Origin: an uncultured Chloroflexia bacterium
GTDB taxonomy: Bacteria > Chloroflexota > Chloroflexia > Thermomicrobiales > UBA6265
Assembly: GCA_963724295.1 (NCBI GenBank)
Contig: CAVRUC010000002.1
Location: forward strand, 383,275-447,274
DNA: 64,000 nucleotides
Direction of reading: 5' to 3'
The notes below the pieces were generated by a model. The model saw nothing but the letters and a program-made list of their open reading frames with translations, made no database searches and was not told where the DNA came from. The translations under genes and the position numbers were made by a program. Of this stretch, positions 28,921 through 39,614 are shown in pieces. The stretch's first letter is position 1. Each line of letters begins with the position of its first letter.

Positions 28921-30654
28921 ATGTACACCCTGGGCATCAATGCGGCGTTCCACGACTCATCGGCATGCCTGGTCGAGGATGGCCAGGTGGTCGCCGCGGT
29001 CGAGGAAGAGCGCTTCACCCGGATCAAGCACGGCAAGCGGCCGGTGCCGTTTTCGACCTGGGAACTTCCCTTCCACGCCATCGACTACTGCCTGCGCGAG
29101 GCAGCGATCCAGCTCACCGATGTCGCGCACGTCGCCTACGCGTTCGATCCGGCCATCCGGGTGCGAGGTCCACTCGATGAGGCAACGTTCACCCTGCCGC
29201 TCGAACCGAGCGCCCACCCGGTGCCGGCCGAGTGGGAGGCCGCCTGGGATCCCCTCTTCGTCGCCTCGATGGTCAACGCGCCGCGCCATCTCGCCGGCGG
29301 AGTCCCACACCACCTCGCCGCCCGCTTCAAAGGCGCCCGCGCGGACGGTCCCTATCAATGGCATTTCGTCGAGCACCACGTCGCCCACGCGGCCAGCGCG
29401 TTTCTCGCCTCGCCATTCGAGCGCGCGGCGGTCCTGACGCTTGACGGACGCGGCGAACAGGCGACCACGGGCTATTTCCAGGGCCGCGGCACTCAGCTGC
29501 ACAGCATCGGTGAGGTGCGGATGCCTCACTCCCTCGGCATCCTCTACGAGCAGGTCACGGAGTATCTCGGCTTCCTGCATTCCTCCGACGAATACAAGGT
29601 CATGGCCCTGGCCTCGTACGGAGAACCCACCTATGTCGACGCATTTCGGAGCATCGTGCACCTGGGCCAGGACGGCGCCTACACGATCGAGCAGCCCTGT
29701 CTGGAGCAGCGGTTCGGACCCGCCCGCTCCCGCGGCGGACCGTTGACACAACACCACTTCGATATCGCCCACTCCCTACAGGTCGTCCTCGAAGAAACCG
29801 TCCTCGACCTCGTCCACTGGCTGCAAGCGACCACTGGCGAGCGCGATCTCTGCCTGGCCGGCGGTGTCGCGCTGAACTGCGTGATGAACTCGCGTATCCG
29901 CGACGAGGGTCCGTTCGACCGCGTCTGGGGACAACCGGCTGCCGGTGACGCCGGGACGGCTCTCGGAGCCGCGTTGTGGATCGATGCCCGGGAGCGCGGC
30001 GCCACCGATCGGCAGTACCAGATGGACCATGCCTACCTCGGCCCCTGTTACCCGGATGCCGAGATCGAGTCGTTTCTCACCTGGTCGAAGCTGCCCTTTC
30101 GCCGGCTCGACAACGTCGCTCAGGAGGCCGCCGCGCTGCTTGCCGCGGGGCGCATCCTCGGCTGGTTCCAGGGGCGCATGGAGTTCGGCCCCCGGGCCCT
30201 CGGGGCGCGATCGATCCTGGCATCCCCCATCGATTCCGACATGCAGGCCCGGCTCAACGAAATCAAGGACCGGGAGGATTTCCGGCCGGTGGCCCCGGTG
30301 GTCCTCGCCGAGAAGGCCTCGCAGTGGTTCGTCGCGGACGGTGACTCCCCGTTCATGCTCTTCGTCCACGACGTGCGGAATGAGATGTCGGACCGCATCC
30401 CGGCCGTTCGCCACGTCGACGGTACGGCTCGTATCCAGACGGTCTCCCGTTCGCAAAATGCCCTCTACTACGACCTGATCGCCGCCTTCGAGCGGCAGAC
30501 CGGGGTTCCGGTGCTGGTTAACACCTCGTTCAACACGCGCGGCGAGCCGATCGTTTGCTCGCCGCGCGACGCGGTCGAGTGCTTCTGGACCTCGCCGCTC
30601 GACGCCCTCGTGATCGGGTCCTATCTGCTGCAGAAACCGGAGTGCCCGCGGTGA
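28921..30654 (+). CDS. carbamoyltransferase (NodU/CmcH family)
   Basis: HDSSA, EEERFTRIKH, HHVAHA, GGVALN, EFGPRALG, NTSFN. Confidence 0.95.
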   Translation: MYTLGINAAFHDSSACLVEDGQVVAAVEEERFTRIKHGKRPVPFSTWELPFHAIDYCLREAAIQLTDVAHVAYAFDPAIRVRGPLDEATFTLPLEPSAHPVPAEWEAAWDPLFVASMVNAPRHLAGGVPHHLAARFKGARADGPYQWHFVEHHVAHAASAFLASPFERAAVLTLDGRGEQATTGYFQGRGTQLHSIGEVRMPHSLGILYEQVTEYLGFLHSSDEYKVMALASYGEPTYVDAFRSIVHLGQDGAYTIEQPCLEQRFGPARSRGGPLTQHHFDIAHSLQVVLEETVLDLVHWLQATTGERDLCLAGGVALNCVMNSRIRDEGPFDRVWGQPAAGDAGTALGAALWIDARERGATDRQYQMDHAYLGPCYPDAEIESFLTWSKLPFRRLDNVAQEAAALLAAGRILGWFQGRMEFGPRALGARSILASPIDSDMQARLNEIKDREDFRPVAPVVLAEKASQWFVADGDSPFMLFVHDVRNEMSDRIPAVRHVDGTARIQTVSRSQNALYYDLIAAFERQTGVPVLVNTSFNTRGEPIVCSPRDAVECFWTSPLDALVIGSYLLQKPECPR

Positions 30655-31628
30655 CGATCGAGGTCTCGGTGGTGGTGCCGACCTTCAAGCGGTCACAGCT
30701 CCTCGACCGCTGCCTGGCGGCTCTCGTCGCTCAGACTTTTGACCCCTCCACCTACGAGATCGTCATCGCCGATGACGCCGCCAGCGAAAGCACCCGCCGC
30801 CAGGTCGAGGAATGGCGGAGCCAGTGCCCGCGGACGGGACCGGCAATTCACTACCTGCCCGTGCGCGACTCGCAAGGTCCGGCCGCCGCGCGCAATGCCG
30901 GGTGGCGATTCGCCCGGGGGCGGGTAATCGCCTTCACGGACGACGATTGCATTCCCGAGCCGGAATGGCTGACGGCCGGTACTCGAGCCATTCACGCCGG
31001 AGCGACCGGGGTCTCGGGGCGCGTGGTCGTGCCATTGCCTGAGGATCCGACCGACTACGAGCGCAACGCGGCCGGTCTCGCCACCGCGGAGTTCGTCACC
31101 GCCAACTGCTTCTATCGACGTTCGGCACTCGAGGCGGTCGGCGGGTTCGACGAGCGCTTCGCCATGGCCTGGCGGGAGGACAGCGATCTCTGGCTGACCT
31201 TCGTGGGACGCGGTGACACGCTCGTCTCCGCCGAGGATGCGGTCGTCGTCCATCCGCTCCGTCCGGCGCCCTGGGGCGTCAGTCTGAGCCAGCAGCGGAA
31301 GAGCCAGTACAACGCGCTCCTCTACAAGAAGCATCCGATGCTCTACCAGCAACGCGTCCAGGCGGGACCACCGCGCGATTACTACGCGATCGTCACATCG
31401 ATCGTCGGCTGCCTCCTCGGTCTCGGGTTGCGCCGGCCGGGAATCGCGATCGCCAGCTTCGCGGTCTGGGCCAGGTTGACGGGGTCGTTCATCGCCCGGC
31501 GATTGCACGGCACATCCCGGCGCCCCGCCCATATCGCCGAGATGGCTGTCACCTCGGCGCTGATCCCGCCGCTTGCCGTCTATTGGCGACTGCGTGGTGC
31601 GTTCACCCACCGCGTGCGGTTTCTCTAG
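30651..31628 (+). CDS. glycosyltransferase family 2
   Basis: VSVVVPT, GPAAARNAG, FTDDD, GGFDERF, EDSDL; GTGA overlap. Confidence 0.93.
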   Translation: MTIEVSVVVPTFKRSQLLDRCLAALVAQTFDPSTYEIVIADDAASESTRRQVEEWRSQCPRTGPAIHYLPVRDSQGPAAARNAGWRFARGRVIAFTDDDCIPEPEWLTAGTRAIHAGATGVSGRVVVPLPEDPTDYERNAAGLATAEFVTANCFYRRSALEAVGGFDERFAMAWREDSDLWLTFVGRGDTLVSAEDAVVVHPLRPAPWGVSLSQQRKSQYNALLYKKHPMLYQQRVQAGPPRDYYAIVTSIVGCLLGLGLRRPGIAIASFAVWARLTGSFIARRLHGTSRRPAHIAEMAVTSALIPPLAVYWRLRGAFTHRVRFL

Positions 31629-31718
31629 TGCACATCGACCATGAGTGAGGAGGTCGGTGACCCAATGGAGGCAGTGCGCAAACACACCGGCGCCGGTCGC
31701 GACCGGTCAGGGAGCTCC

Positions 31719-32687
31719 ATGAGGATCCTCGTCACCGGCGGCGCCGGCATGATCGGCAGTCACCTGGTCGATGCCCTGCTCGACGGCGGGAACGAGATCA
31801 TCGTCGTCGACAATTTCCTCACGGGACGTCGCCAGAATCTCGCGCACCTCGCGGCATCTCCTCGGGTGCAGATGGTCGAAACAGACATCTCGACGGCATC
31901 GCATCTTCCGGAGATGGTCGGACCCGTCGATCGTGTCTACCACCTCGCCAGCCCAGCCAGCCCGATCGACTACGCCCGCCATCCGCTCGAAACCCTGATG
32001 ACGAACGCGGTCGGCACCCGCAATGCGCTCGATGTTGCCCGGCGCTGGCACGCGAGATTCCTCGTCACGTCGACCTCCGAGATCTACGGCGATCCGGAGC
32101 AGCACCCGCAACCGGAGACCTACCGCGGCAGTGTCAACTCGCTCGGTCCCCGTTCCTGCTACGACGAGGGCAAGCGGTTTGCCGAGTCCCTCGCCATGAC
32201 CTACTGGCGCTCTTACGGCGTCGACGTCCGCATCGCGCGATTGTTCAACACCTACGGACCGCGCTCGCGCAGCGACGACGGACGGATGGTCCCCACGTTC
32301 TGCGTCCAGGCCCTGTCCGGACAGCCACTGACGATCTTCGGCTCCGGGTTGCAGACGCGGTCGCTCTGTTTTGTGAGCGACACCGTCGGCGGGCTCATGA
32401 CCCTGATGGAGACACCGGATATTGACGGCGAAGTCGTCAATCTCGGCTGCCCCGACGAGCGCACCATCCTCGAGATCGCGCAGACCATCGCGACACTGGC
32501 GGGAAGCTCGTGCCGGATCGAGCGAGGCCCGCTGCCGGTCGACGATCCGGCCCGGCGCTGCCCGGACATCACTAAAGCGCAGCGCCTGTTAGGATGGCGT
32601 CCGGAGACCGACCTCGCCACCGGTCTCGAGCGCACCCTGGCCTACTTCCGCGAAGACGCCGCCCTCACCCGCGGCGCGGCGGCGTAA
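31719..32687 (+). CDS. NAD-dependent epimerase/UDP-glucuronate decarboxylase family
   Basis: GGAGMIG, HLASPASP, STSEIYG, YDEGKR, FNTYGP. Confidence 0.92.
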   Translation: MRILVTGGAGMIGSHLVDALLDGGNEIIVVDNFLTGRRQNLAHLAASPRVQMVETDISTASHLPEMVGPVDRVYHLASPASPIDYARHPLETLMTNAVGTRNALDVARRWHARFLVTSTSEIYGDPEQHPQPETYRGSVNSLGPRSCYDEGKRFAESLAMTYWRSYGVDVRIARLFNTYGPRSRSDDGRMVPTFCVQALSGQPLTIFGSGLQTRSLCFVSDTVGGLMTLMETPDIDGEVVNLGCPDERTILEIAQTIATLAGSSCRIERGPLPVDDPARRCPDITKAQRLLGWRPETDLATGLERTLAYFREDAALTRGAAA

Positions 32688-32728
32688 CCTGTAGGATCCC
32701 TCATCTGCGACCCTTTTCCCCACGAACG

Positions 32729-32835
32729 CCCCTCATCCCTCGCCCTTCTCCCCTCGGAGCGGGGAGAAGGGAGAACGCTCTGTCGAGCAGCGAGCCCCTC
32801 GCCCAGCGCACTGGGAGAGGGGTTGGGGTGAGGGA
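32729..32835. repeat. REP-like palindromic repeat family B (inverted doublet)
   Basis: CCCTTCTCCCC...GGGGAGAAGGG and CCCCTCGCCCAG...CTGGGAGAGGGGTTGGGGTGAGGG; matches 45318. Confidence 0.8.
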
Positions 32836-33028
32836 GTCCTGAGCGGGGTTAGGGTAAGGGCTATCGTCGGGTGAGCGCCGACGCACACCAACCGCCATGT
32901 TATGCTCCCGCCACCAAATGTCAGTGAACCGGGAGACATACGCCACGTCGTTCCGTTCTTTTCCTGGAAGAGACGCGACTGGCGATTGATGCGAACCCGC
33001 CTAGGCAAGCACCGAGAAGGAGCACGAG

Positions 33029-34627
33029 ATGACCCGCTCGAACCACGTGAGAAATGGAATGCTCGATCGCCGGCAACTGGTTGCCGGAGCGGCCGGTCTG
33101 GGATTGGCGGCGCCCTTCCTCGGACGCGGCCTGAGCGCTCATGCCGCCCTCGCCCGGCAAGACGGAACGCCGACACCGGGCGGTATCCTCAAAGTTGGGC
33201 TCCAGGCCGACCCCACTGCGCTCGACCCCCACAAGCAGAGTCTCACCGCCATCTGGCACGTCATCGAGCACATCTACAACGGATTGACCCGCATTACGAC
33301 GCCCGACCTCACCGTTGAGCCGGGTCTCGCCGAGGGCTGGGAGATTTCCGAAGACGGCACGAGTTACATGTTCGTGCTGCGCGAGGGAGTCACCTTCCAT
33401 GACGGCACGCCGCTCAAGGCAAGCGACGTGAAATTCACCTTCGAGCGACTCGTCGACCCAGAAACCGCCTCCACCAGCGCGTCTGAATTGGCCTCGATGA
33501 AGAGCATCGAGGCAACAGACGACCGCACCGTGGTCATCACCCTCAATGCGCCAGACGCTGCGTTCCTGACCACCCTGGCCCAACCGTCGCTCATCATCTA
33601 CTCCGAAGCGTTCGTCAAGGCCAACAACAACGACATCTCGCAGGTGGCGATGGGCACTGGTCCTTTCAGGTTCGTCGAGTACGTACCAAATACTCGCATC
33701 GTGCTCGAGAGAAACCCTGATTACTGGGAAGAAGGGCTCCCATACCTCGATGGCATCGAGATGACGATTGCCGCCGACGATACGTCGCGCACCGCCGCCA
33801 TCGTGTCCGGGGCGGTCGACTTTATCGAGTACGTCCCATTGCGTGACGTCGATACCCTCCAGCAGGATCCGAACCTCGCCCTTGCTGGTGATACCAATAC
33901 CAATATCCGCTTCATCGGCTTCAACCTGACCAAGGAACCGTTCGACAATCCCCTGGTTCGTCAGGCCATCGCCGCTGTCGTCGACCGCGAGGCGATGCTC
34001 GGCCCGACCGTTTTTGGACACGGTACGCCGGTCGAGGCACTCTTCCCGCCTGATTTCTGGGCTGCGCTCCAGCAGGACGTGCGCCCGGCGGACGTCGAGC
34101 GGGCCAAGGAGCTCATGGCCGAGGCCGGTCACCCTGACGGGTTCAGCACGACCATCACCTCTTGGTCACAGTACTCTTTCCTGTCGAACGCTGCCGTCGT
34201 CCTCCAGGAGCAGTTGCGGCAGATTGGCATCGAGGCCGAGCTGAACCTCGTCGAGAACGCCACCATGGTCGATCAGGTTTACCTTTCGGCTACGAGGGAT
34301 TACGAAATCGCCGTAACTGGTGAGAGCGCCTATGTCGATCCGAACACGCTGATCCTGCCCAACTTCAAGTCGGACGAGGAAGGCAACTTCGTCAGCTACT
34401 CCAACCCGGAGGTCGACACGCTGATCGAGCAGGGGATCGCGGCGACCGATCAGGAGGAGCGAGCCAGGATCTACCAGGAGATTCAGACGATCCTGCTCGA
34501 GGATCTTCCCTGGATCAACCTCTTCGTTGCCAACCAGTACGAGGCGATGAAGACCAACGTCAAGGGCTATGTCCATATCCCGACCGGCTCCAACATCGCC
34601 TTCCGCACGACGTGGCTTGAGGGGTAA
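33029..34627 (+). CDS. Opp/Dpp family ABC substrate-binding protein (Tat)
   Basis: DRRQLV; LREGVTFHDG, GTGPF. Confidence 0.94.
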   Translation: MTRSNHVRNGMLDRRQLVAGAAGLGLAAPFLGRGLSAHAALARQDGTPTPGGILKVGLQADPTALDPHKQSLTAIWHVIEHIYNGLTRITTPDLTVEPGLAEGWEISEDGTSYMFVLREGVTFHDGTPLKASDVKFTFERLVDPETASTSASELASMKSIEATDDRTVVITLNAPDAAFLTTLAQPSLIIYSEAFVKANNNDISQVAMGTGPFRFVEYVPNTRIVLERNPDYWEEGLPYLDGIEMTIAADDTSRTAAIVSGAVDFIEYVPLRDVDTLQQDPNLALAGDTNTNIRFIGFNLTKEPFDNPLVRQAIAAVVDREAMLGPTVFGHGTPVEALFPPDFWAALQQDVRPADVERAKELMAEAGHPDGFSTTITSWSQYSFLSNAAVVLQEQLRQIGIEAELNLVENATMVDQVYLSATRDYEIAVTGESAYVDPNTLILPNFKSDEEGNFVSYSNPEVDTLIEQGIAATDQEERARIYQEIQTILLEDLPWINLFVANQYEAMKTNVKGYVHIPTGSNIAFRTTWLEG

Positions 34628-34714
34628 TGGGTGATGGGTTATAGGGAGTTACGGGTGCTCATCGCACCCGTTTCGAAACTCCTTCCCTAACTCCCATCAC
34701 CCATCACCTTCGCG

Positions 34715-35665
34715 ATGACCCTGTTCATCCTCCGTCGCCTGGCGTTGCTCGTACCTGTACTGCTCGGCGTCTCGCTGGTCGTCTTTACCCTGGTGCGGCT
34801 GATCCCGGGGGACGCCACACTGCTGGCGATCGGGGTCGACCAGCGGATCACCGCCGAGCAGCGCGAGCTGGTGCGCAAGTCGTATGGGCTCGATCAGCCG
34901 CAGCCGGTGCAGTACGCCCGCTGGATGCAGCACGTGCTCCAGGGTGACCTGGGCACCTCGCTGCGGACCCGTCGCTCGGTCAATGAGGAACTGCGGCTGC
35001 GGCTGCCGGTGACGATCGAGCTGACGCTGCTGGCGGCCCTGTTCGGCACCGCACCGGCGATGGCCGTCGGTGTGGTGGCAGCGGTACGCCGCAACTCGCT
35101 CCTCGACTACGTGGCCACGATCGGAACGCTGATCGGTGTCTCTGTCCCGAACTTCCTGCTGGCGACCCTGCTCGTACTCGTCTTCTCGATCTGGTTGCGC
35201 TGGCTGCCGCCGATCGGCTACGTCGAGCTGACGAAGGACCCTATCGCCAACCTGCGCACCATGCTCCTCCCGGCGCTCAGCCTCAGTCTGCCGCTGGCTG
35301 CCGTCCTCATGCGGAACACGCGCTCCGCGGTGCTCGAAGTTCTGGGCCAGGAGCACGTCCGGGTGGCGCGGGCGAAAGGGCTCACCGAGCGGCGCGTCCT
35401 CGGTCGCCACGTCATCCTGAACGCCTCGTTGCCGATCCTCACCGTCGTCGGCATCCAGGTCGCCAGTCTGCTGGGAGGGACAGTCATCATCGAGACCATC
35501 TTCGCGCTGCCGGGCATCGGCCGCTACATCTACGAGGCGATCGCCAACCGCGATTACCCGGTGGTGCAGGGCGTGACCATCGTCGTCGCTACGATCTTCG
35601 TCATCGTCAGCACGACCGTCGACATCCTTTACGCGGTGCTCGATCCGCGGCTGCGGACGCAATGA
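34715..35665 (+). CDS. Opp/Dpp ABC permease (OppB-like)
   Basis: PGD, GDLGTS, ARAKGL, ETIFALPGIG, LDPR. Confidence 0.94.
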   Translation: MTLFILRRLALLVPVLLGVSLVVFTLVRLIPGDATLLAIGVDQRITAEQRELVRKSYGLDQPQPVQYARWMQHVLQGDLGTSLRTRRSVNEELRLRLPVTIELTLLAALFGTAPAMAVGVVAAVRRNSLLDYVATIGTLIGVSVPNFLLATLLVLVFSIWLRWLPPIGYVELTKDPIANLRTMLLPALSLSLPLAAVLMRNTRSAVLEVLGQEHVRVARAKGLTERRVLGRHVILNASLPILTVVGIQVASLLGGTVIIETIFALPGIGRYIYEAIANRDYPVVQGVTIVVATIFVIVSTTVDILYAVLDPRLRTQ

Positions 35666-35814
35666 GGGACCCGATCGGCGTCTCGTGACCCGGCTGCCTC
35701 GGCAAAGCCCCTTGCCGGGATCTCGATGGAGCGGTAGAACAGGACAACCACGACGTCGCCCACATGAGAAGCATCTCGTCGGATCGTGTGGCGGCTGAGA
35801 GCAAGGAGGACACC

Positions 35815-36308
35815 ATGCCGACGCAACAAGGGGACCTCGCATTACTCGACGATCCGGTGGCTCAGCGGCTGCTGCAATCAACCATTCCGGCGCGGTTCGC
35901 CTACACCTGGACCGATGGCACACCACGTGTCGTCCCCATCGGGTTCCATTGGAACGGCGAGGAGATCGTACTGGGGACATTCCCGGACGCGCCCAAGATG
36001 AAGCGCTGCGTGACGGGGCGAAGGTCGCCCTGACGATCGATAGCGACACCATGCCCTACAAGGTGTTGCAGGTGCGCGGCACAGTTCGGACCGATACGGT
36101 CGAGGGGATCGCGCCCGAGTACGCGGCCATGACCAGGCGGGTCTTCGGTGAGGAAGCGGGGGAGGCCTGGCTGAATAACCTCAGCCCCATCTGTCCTCAG
36201 ATGGCGCGTGTCTTCGTCAAGCCGGAGTGGGTCGGCATCCTGGACTTCGAAACCCGCTTCCCGAGCCCATTAGAACGCGCGATGGAGCAGGCTCAGGCGC
36301 AGGGATAG
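35815..36308 (+). CDS. pyridoxamine 5'-phosphate oxidase-like (split-barrel flavin) protein (frameshift near 36003)
   Basis: ARFAYTWTDGTPRVVPIGFHW, then KVALTID...LDFETRFPS; strong SD. Confidence 0.8.
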
Positions 36309-36494
36309 ATCACGCCTCGCGCCGAGCCGCTCCCCAGTATCTTGGGTATCGCGGCCGGCGCTGCGGCGTTCGCAACATCACATTGAGCCTGCCGGACCAG
36401 GGCGTCGGTTGGGACCGTGTCGAGCCTGTCTTCGCCGGGGACGCGGCGGGTGCACGAGGGAAAGCCTGCCGCTGATGGCGGGACCGAGGATTTG

Positions 36495-37397
36495 GTGACT
36501 ACCGGAACAGCGCAACGCACCCTCCCCACAGCGCTGACGAGCGGCCAGGCGCGCCGGCCGCACCGGCAGAGCCTCTGGGGAAGCATTCGCCAACAGCGCC
36601 TGGCCATGACCGGCGCTGTGCTGGTCATCTTCTTCGCCTTCGTCGCCCTCATCGGCCCCGAGGTCGCGCCCTTCGGCCCGACCGAGCAGTTCACCGCCGA
36701 CCGGCTGCAGCCACCCAGCGCCACCTACCTCTTCGGCACCGACGAGTTCGGCCGCGACATCTTCAGCCGTCTTCTCTACGGCGCGCGCATCTCGTTCCAG
36801 GTCGGCGCCATCGCGGTCGGCATCGCCGGCACGCTCGGTATCCTGCTCGGGCTCATCGCCGGCTACGCGGGCGGCTGGGTCGACAATGTCCTGACCCTGC
36901 TCATGGACATCGTCTTCGCCTTCCCTGCCATCCTGCTGGCCATCGCGATCATCTCCCTGCTCGGCAACAACCTCACCAACGCCATGATCGCCATCGCCAT
37001 CGTCTACATGCCGACCTTCATGCGTATCGTGCGCGGGGCGACCCTTTCCATCCGCCACACCGCCTACGTCGAGTCGGCCGTCTCCCTGGGGGCCTCGACG
37101 CCGCGGGTGCTGGCCGCGCACGTCTTCCCGAATATCACCGCTCCCCTCATCGTCCACGTCTCGCTGGTCTTCGCCTTTGCCGTCCTTGCCGAGGCGTCGC
37201 TGGCATTCCTCGGGCTGGGCAACAAACCGCCTGCGCCGAGCTGGGGCTCGATGGTCAGCGCCTCCTACGGCTTCCTGCAGCTGGCGCCCTGGGCCGCGAT
37301 CGTCCCCGGCGTCGCCATCGCCCTCGCCGTCCTCGGCTTCAACCTGCTCGGCGATGGACTACGGGATGCACTCGATCCGCGATCCCGAGGGCTGTAG
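36495..37397 (+). CDS. Opp/Dpp ABC permease (OppC-like)
   Basis: FGTDEFGRDIFSR, EASLAFLGLG, GDGLRDALDPR. Confidence 0.94.
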   Translation: MTTGTAQRTLPTALTSGQARRPHRQSLWGSIRQQRLAMTGAVLVIFFAFVALIGPEVAPFGPTEQFTADRLQPPSATYLFGTDEFGRDIFSRLLYGARISFQVGAIAVGIAGTLGILLGLIAGYAGGWVDNVLTLLMDIVFAFPAILLAIAIISLLGNNLTNAMIAIAIVYMPTFMRIVRGATLSIRHTAYVESAVSLGASTPRVLAAHVFPNITAPLIVHVSLVFAFAVLAEASLAFLGLGNKPPAPSWGSMVSASYGFLQLAPWAAIVPGVAIALAVLGFNLLGDGLRDALDPRSRGL

Positions 37398-37510
37398 TGC
37401 AAATTTCCGCAGAAATGCCGTAGCGGGGACGCCAGATAGCGCCGCGACACAGGCGGTTCGCGTCAGATCACTACCATTTCACAGGCGCCTGAATAATGAC
37501 CGGAGAGGAA

Positions 37511-37539
37511 CGGCCGGGGCGCATGAACCGCCCCGGCCG
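37511..37539. terminator. stem-loop between convergent genes
   Basis: CGGCCGGGGCG...CGCCCCGGCCG. Confidence 0.6.
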
Positions 37540-37684
37540 ATTAATAGCGACCCCGCAATCTCGTGTCATCATGAGCAATTGAAAGTTGCACGAGCGATCT
37601 CGTCGATTCGTCGCATACCTACATGCGATGCGGCGAGACTCCTCGCGAGCTCGGAATGACACGTCGTGCACTCTGCGCTCTAGG

Positions 37685-38848
37685 TCAAGCAATGCTCACG
37701 CGCCGGGTGATCTGCCCGTTACTCTCCCAGTAGGTCGTCTTGCCGGCCAGCAGCGGGTCGTCCGGCGCCGGCTGGACATTGCCATCCGTGTCGGTCGCAC
37801 GCGAGGTAATGGTGTGCTCGCCGGGGCTCGGGGTTTCCCAATCAAGCGTCCAGAATGTCCAGGCGAACTCCTCGCCCGCGCCCTCGGTCAGCGTCGCCGC
37901 TTGCCAGGGCTCCTCGTCGATGCGCACCTCGACCCCAGCGATCGGGTCGCCCCAGGCCGCGCCCATAATCTGGTACTCGTCACCGTGCTTGGTCACCTTT
38001 GCCGGCGCTGACTTGAGCCGGTTGAGTCCTACAGAGGTGAATGTCCAGACCGTTTCGCCGTCCCGCTCTTCTTCCCGCATGGTCACGTACTCGCGGGCCA
38101 TGAAGTTGCCTTGGTACGCTCGATCCACGACCTCGATATGCGTCAGCCACTTCACGTTGGCGATCCCGTACCAGCCGGGGAGAATGAGGCGTACCGGGAA
38201 GCCATTCAAGTTTGGCAGGGGTTCGCCGTTCATCTCGTAGACGAGCAAATTGTCGGGGTTCATGGCGTCCTCGAGCGCCATGCTGCGAGCGAACTGCTCG
38301 GTGATGGTCATCTCGCCCCAGGTCATCTCGCCGGCATCCGCTCCCCAGAAGATGACCTCGCGACCGTCCTCACGGACCCCTGCTTCCTCCAGGAGGGGCG
38401 CCAGGGGTGTACCCGCCCAGGTCGCGTTGCCGACGCCCCCCCAGAAGAACGGCAGCCCCGTGTTGCCGGAGCACTCCAGCGTGAACGTCACCTCCTGGCG
38501 CTCGCGGGCTTTCAGCTCATCCAGGGTCTGCGTCAGGGGCTGGTCCACCAGCCCATTGATCTCCAGGCGCCAGTCGGCCTCATCCAGCTCAGGCTCGTTG
38601 AAGTGCTTGATGACGAAGAACTCGTCGTTCGGCGTGATCCAGGAATCCAGTTCTTCCCAGGTGAGCTGCCGGACGATCGCTTCCGGCGCAGGGTTCGGTT
38701 CCGGCTGGTCCAACCAGGGGATGACCTCCCCCGTGACCGGGGTCTGGAACGCGTAGGTCGGCCCCGCTACCCGCAGCACGCTCAGTCCGGCCAGCGCCGC
38801 GCTGCCCTTCGTCACCAGTGTCCGTCGGGAAATCGGCGATAGTGTCAT
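37685..38848 (-). CDS. Tat-exported sulfite oxidase family molybdoenzyme
   Basis: SRRTLV; LECSGN, NGFPVRLILPGWYG, NVKWL. Confidence 0.92.
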   Translation of the reverse strand: MTLSPISRRTLVTKGSAALAGLSVLRVAGPTYAFQTPVTGEVIPWLDQPEPNPAPEAIVRQLTWEELDSWITPNDEFFVIKHFNEPELDEADWRLEINGLVDQPLTQTLDELKARERQEVTFTLECSGNTGLPFFWGGVGNATWAGTPLAPLLEEAGVREDGREVIFWGADAGEMTWGEMTITEQFARSMALEDAMNPDNLLVYEMNGEPLPNLNGFPVRLILPGWYGIANVKWLTHIEVVDRAYQGNFMAREYVTMREEERDGETVWTFTSVGLNRLKSAPAKVTKHGDEYQIMGAAWGDPIAGVEVRIDEEPWQAATLTEGAGEEFAWTFWTLDWETPSPGEHTITSRATDTDGNVQPAPDDPLLAGKTTYWESNGQITRRVSIA

Positions 38849-39023
38849 GTCCTGCCCCCTTGCAGTAGCTCTGACGGGCTTCCCGAAATTCGATTAAATT
38901 GTCCTGAACGTCACCCAGACTACACCTCTTGATATCGCTGTCAAGTGCCGCGTGCCGTTTAGCCGTGCGGACGGGCAAAATTGTTCCTTGATTTCAATCC
39001 CGGGCCGAAGGAGTTGATAGGAG

Positions 39024-39503
39024 ATGTCGATGCGCGTCTCATCGTTTGCGGACATCGAACCGGAATTCATCGAGCGGGCGCACCGCATGGTCTGGTGCGA
39101 CATGGCCACTGTCGGGCCTGACGGCCGGCCGCGAACGCGCATCGTTCATCCCGTCTGGGAGGGCGACACCGCCTGGATGACTTCAATGCGCGTGGGTCCC
39201 AAAGCGGAGGACATCGATCGCAACCCGTACGTCTCCCTTGCCTACATCAGCGATCCTCTGAAACCCGCCTACGCCGAATGTGTTGCCTCCTGGGTGGATG
39301 ACCGCGACGAGCGGATCGCCATCTGGGAACGAATCGCCGCGATCCCCGAACCGCTGGGCTACAACGCGCTGATCATGTTCGGCGGCTATGACGCTCCCAA
39401 CTTGACCCTGCTGCGCCTCGAGCCCTGGAAGATCCGCCTGACGGTGGCTGGCGACCTCGTGGCCCGGAGGATCTGGGAGGAGTATCAGGACTCCGCTCAA
39501 TAA
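39024..39503 (+). CDS. pyridoxamine 5'-phosphate oxidase family protein
   Basis: MATVGPDGRPRTRIVHPVW, NPYVSL. Confidence 0.85.
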   Translation: MSMRVSSFADIEPEFIERAHRMVWCDMATVGPDGRPRTRIVHPVWEGDTAWMTSMRVGPKAEDIDRNPYVSLAYISDPLKPAYAECVASWVDDRDERIAIWERIAAIPEPLGYNALIMFGGYDAPNLTLLRLEPWKIRLTVAGDLVARRIWEEYQDSAQ

Positions 39504-39614
39504 ACACAGGCCAGGCGCATCCACCGGTAACCGAAGTCATTGCTCCTCGTCCGCCTGGTCTTCGGCCAGCGGGTGCTGACGGCGTTGAGCTGGGCCCCAG
39601 GCGAATCCGACTGC

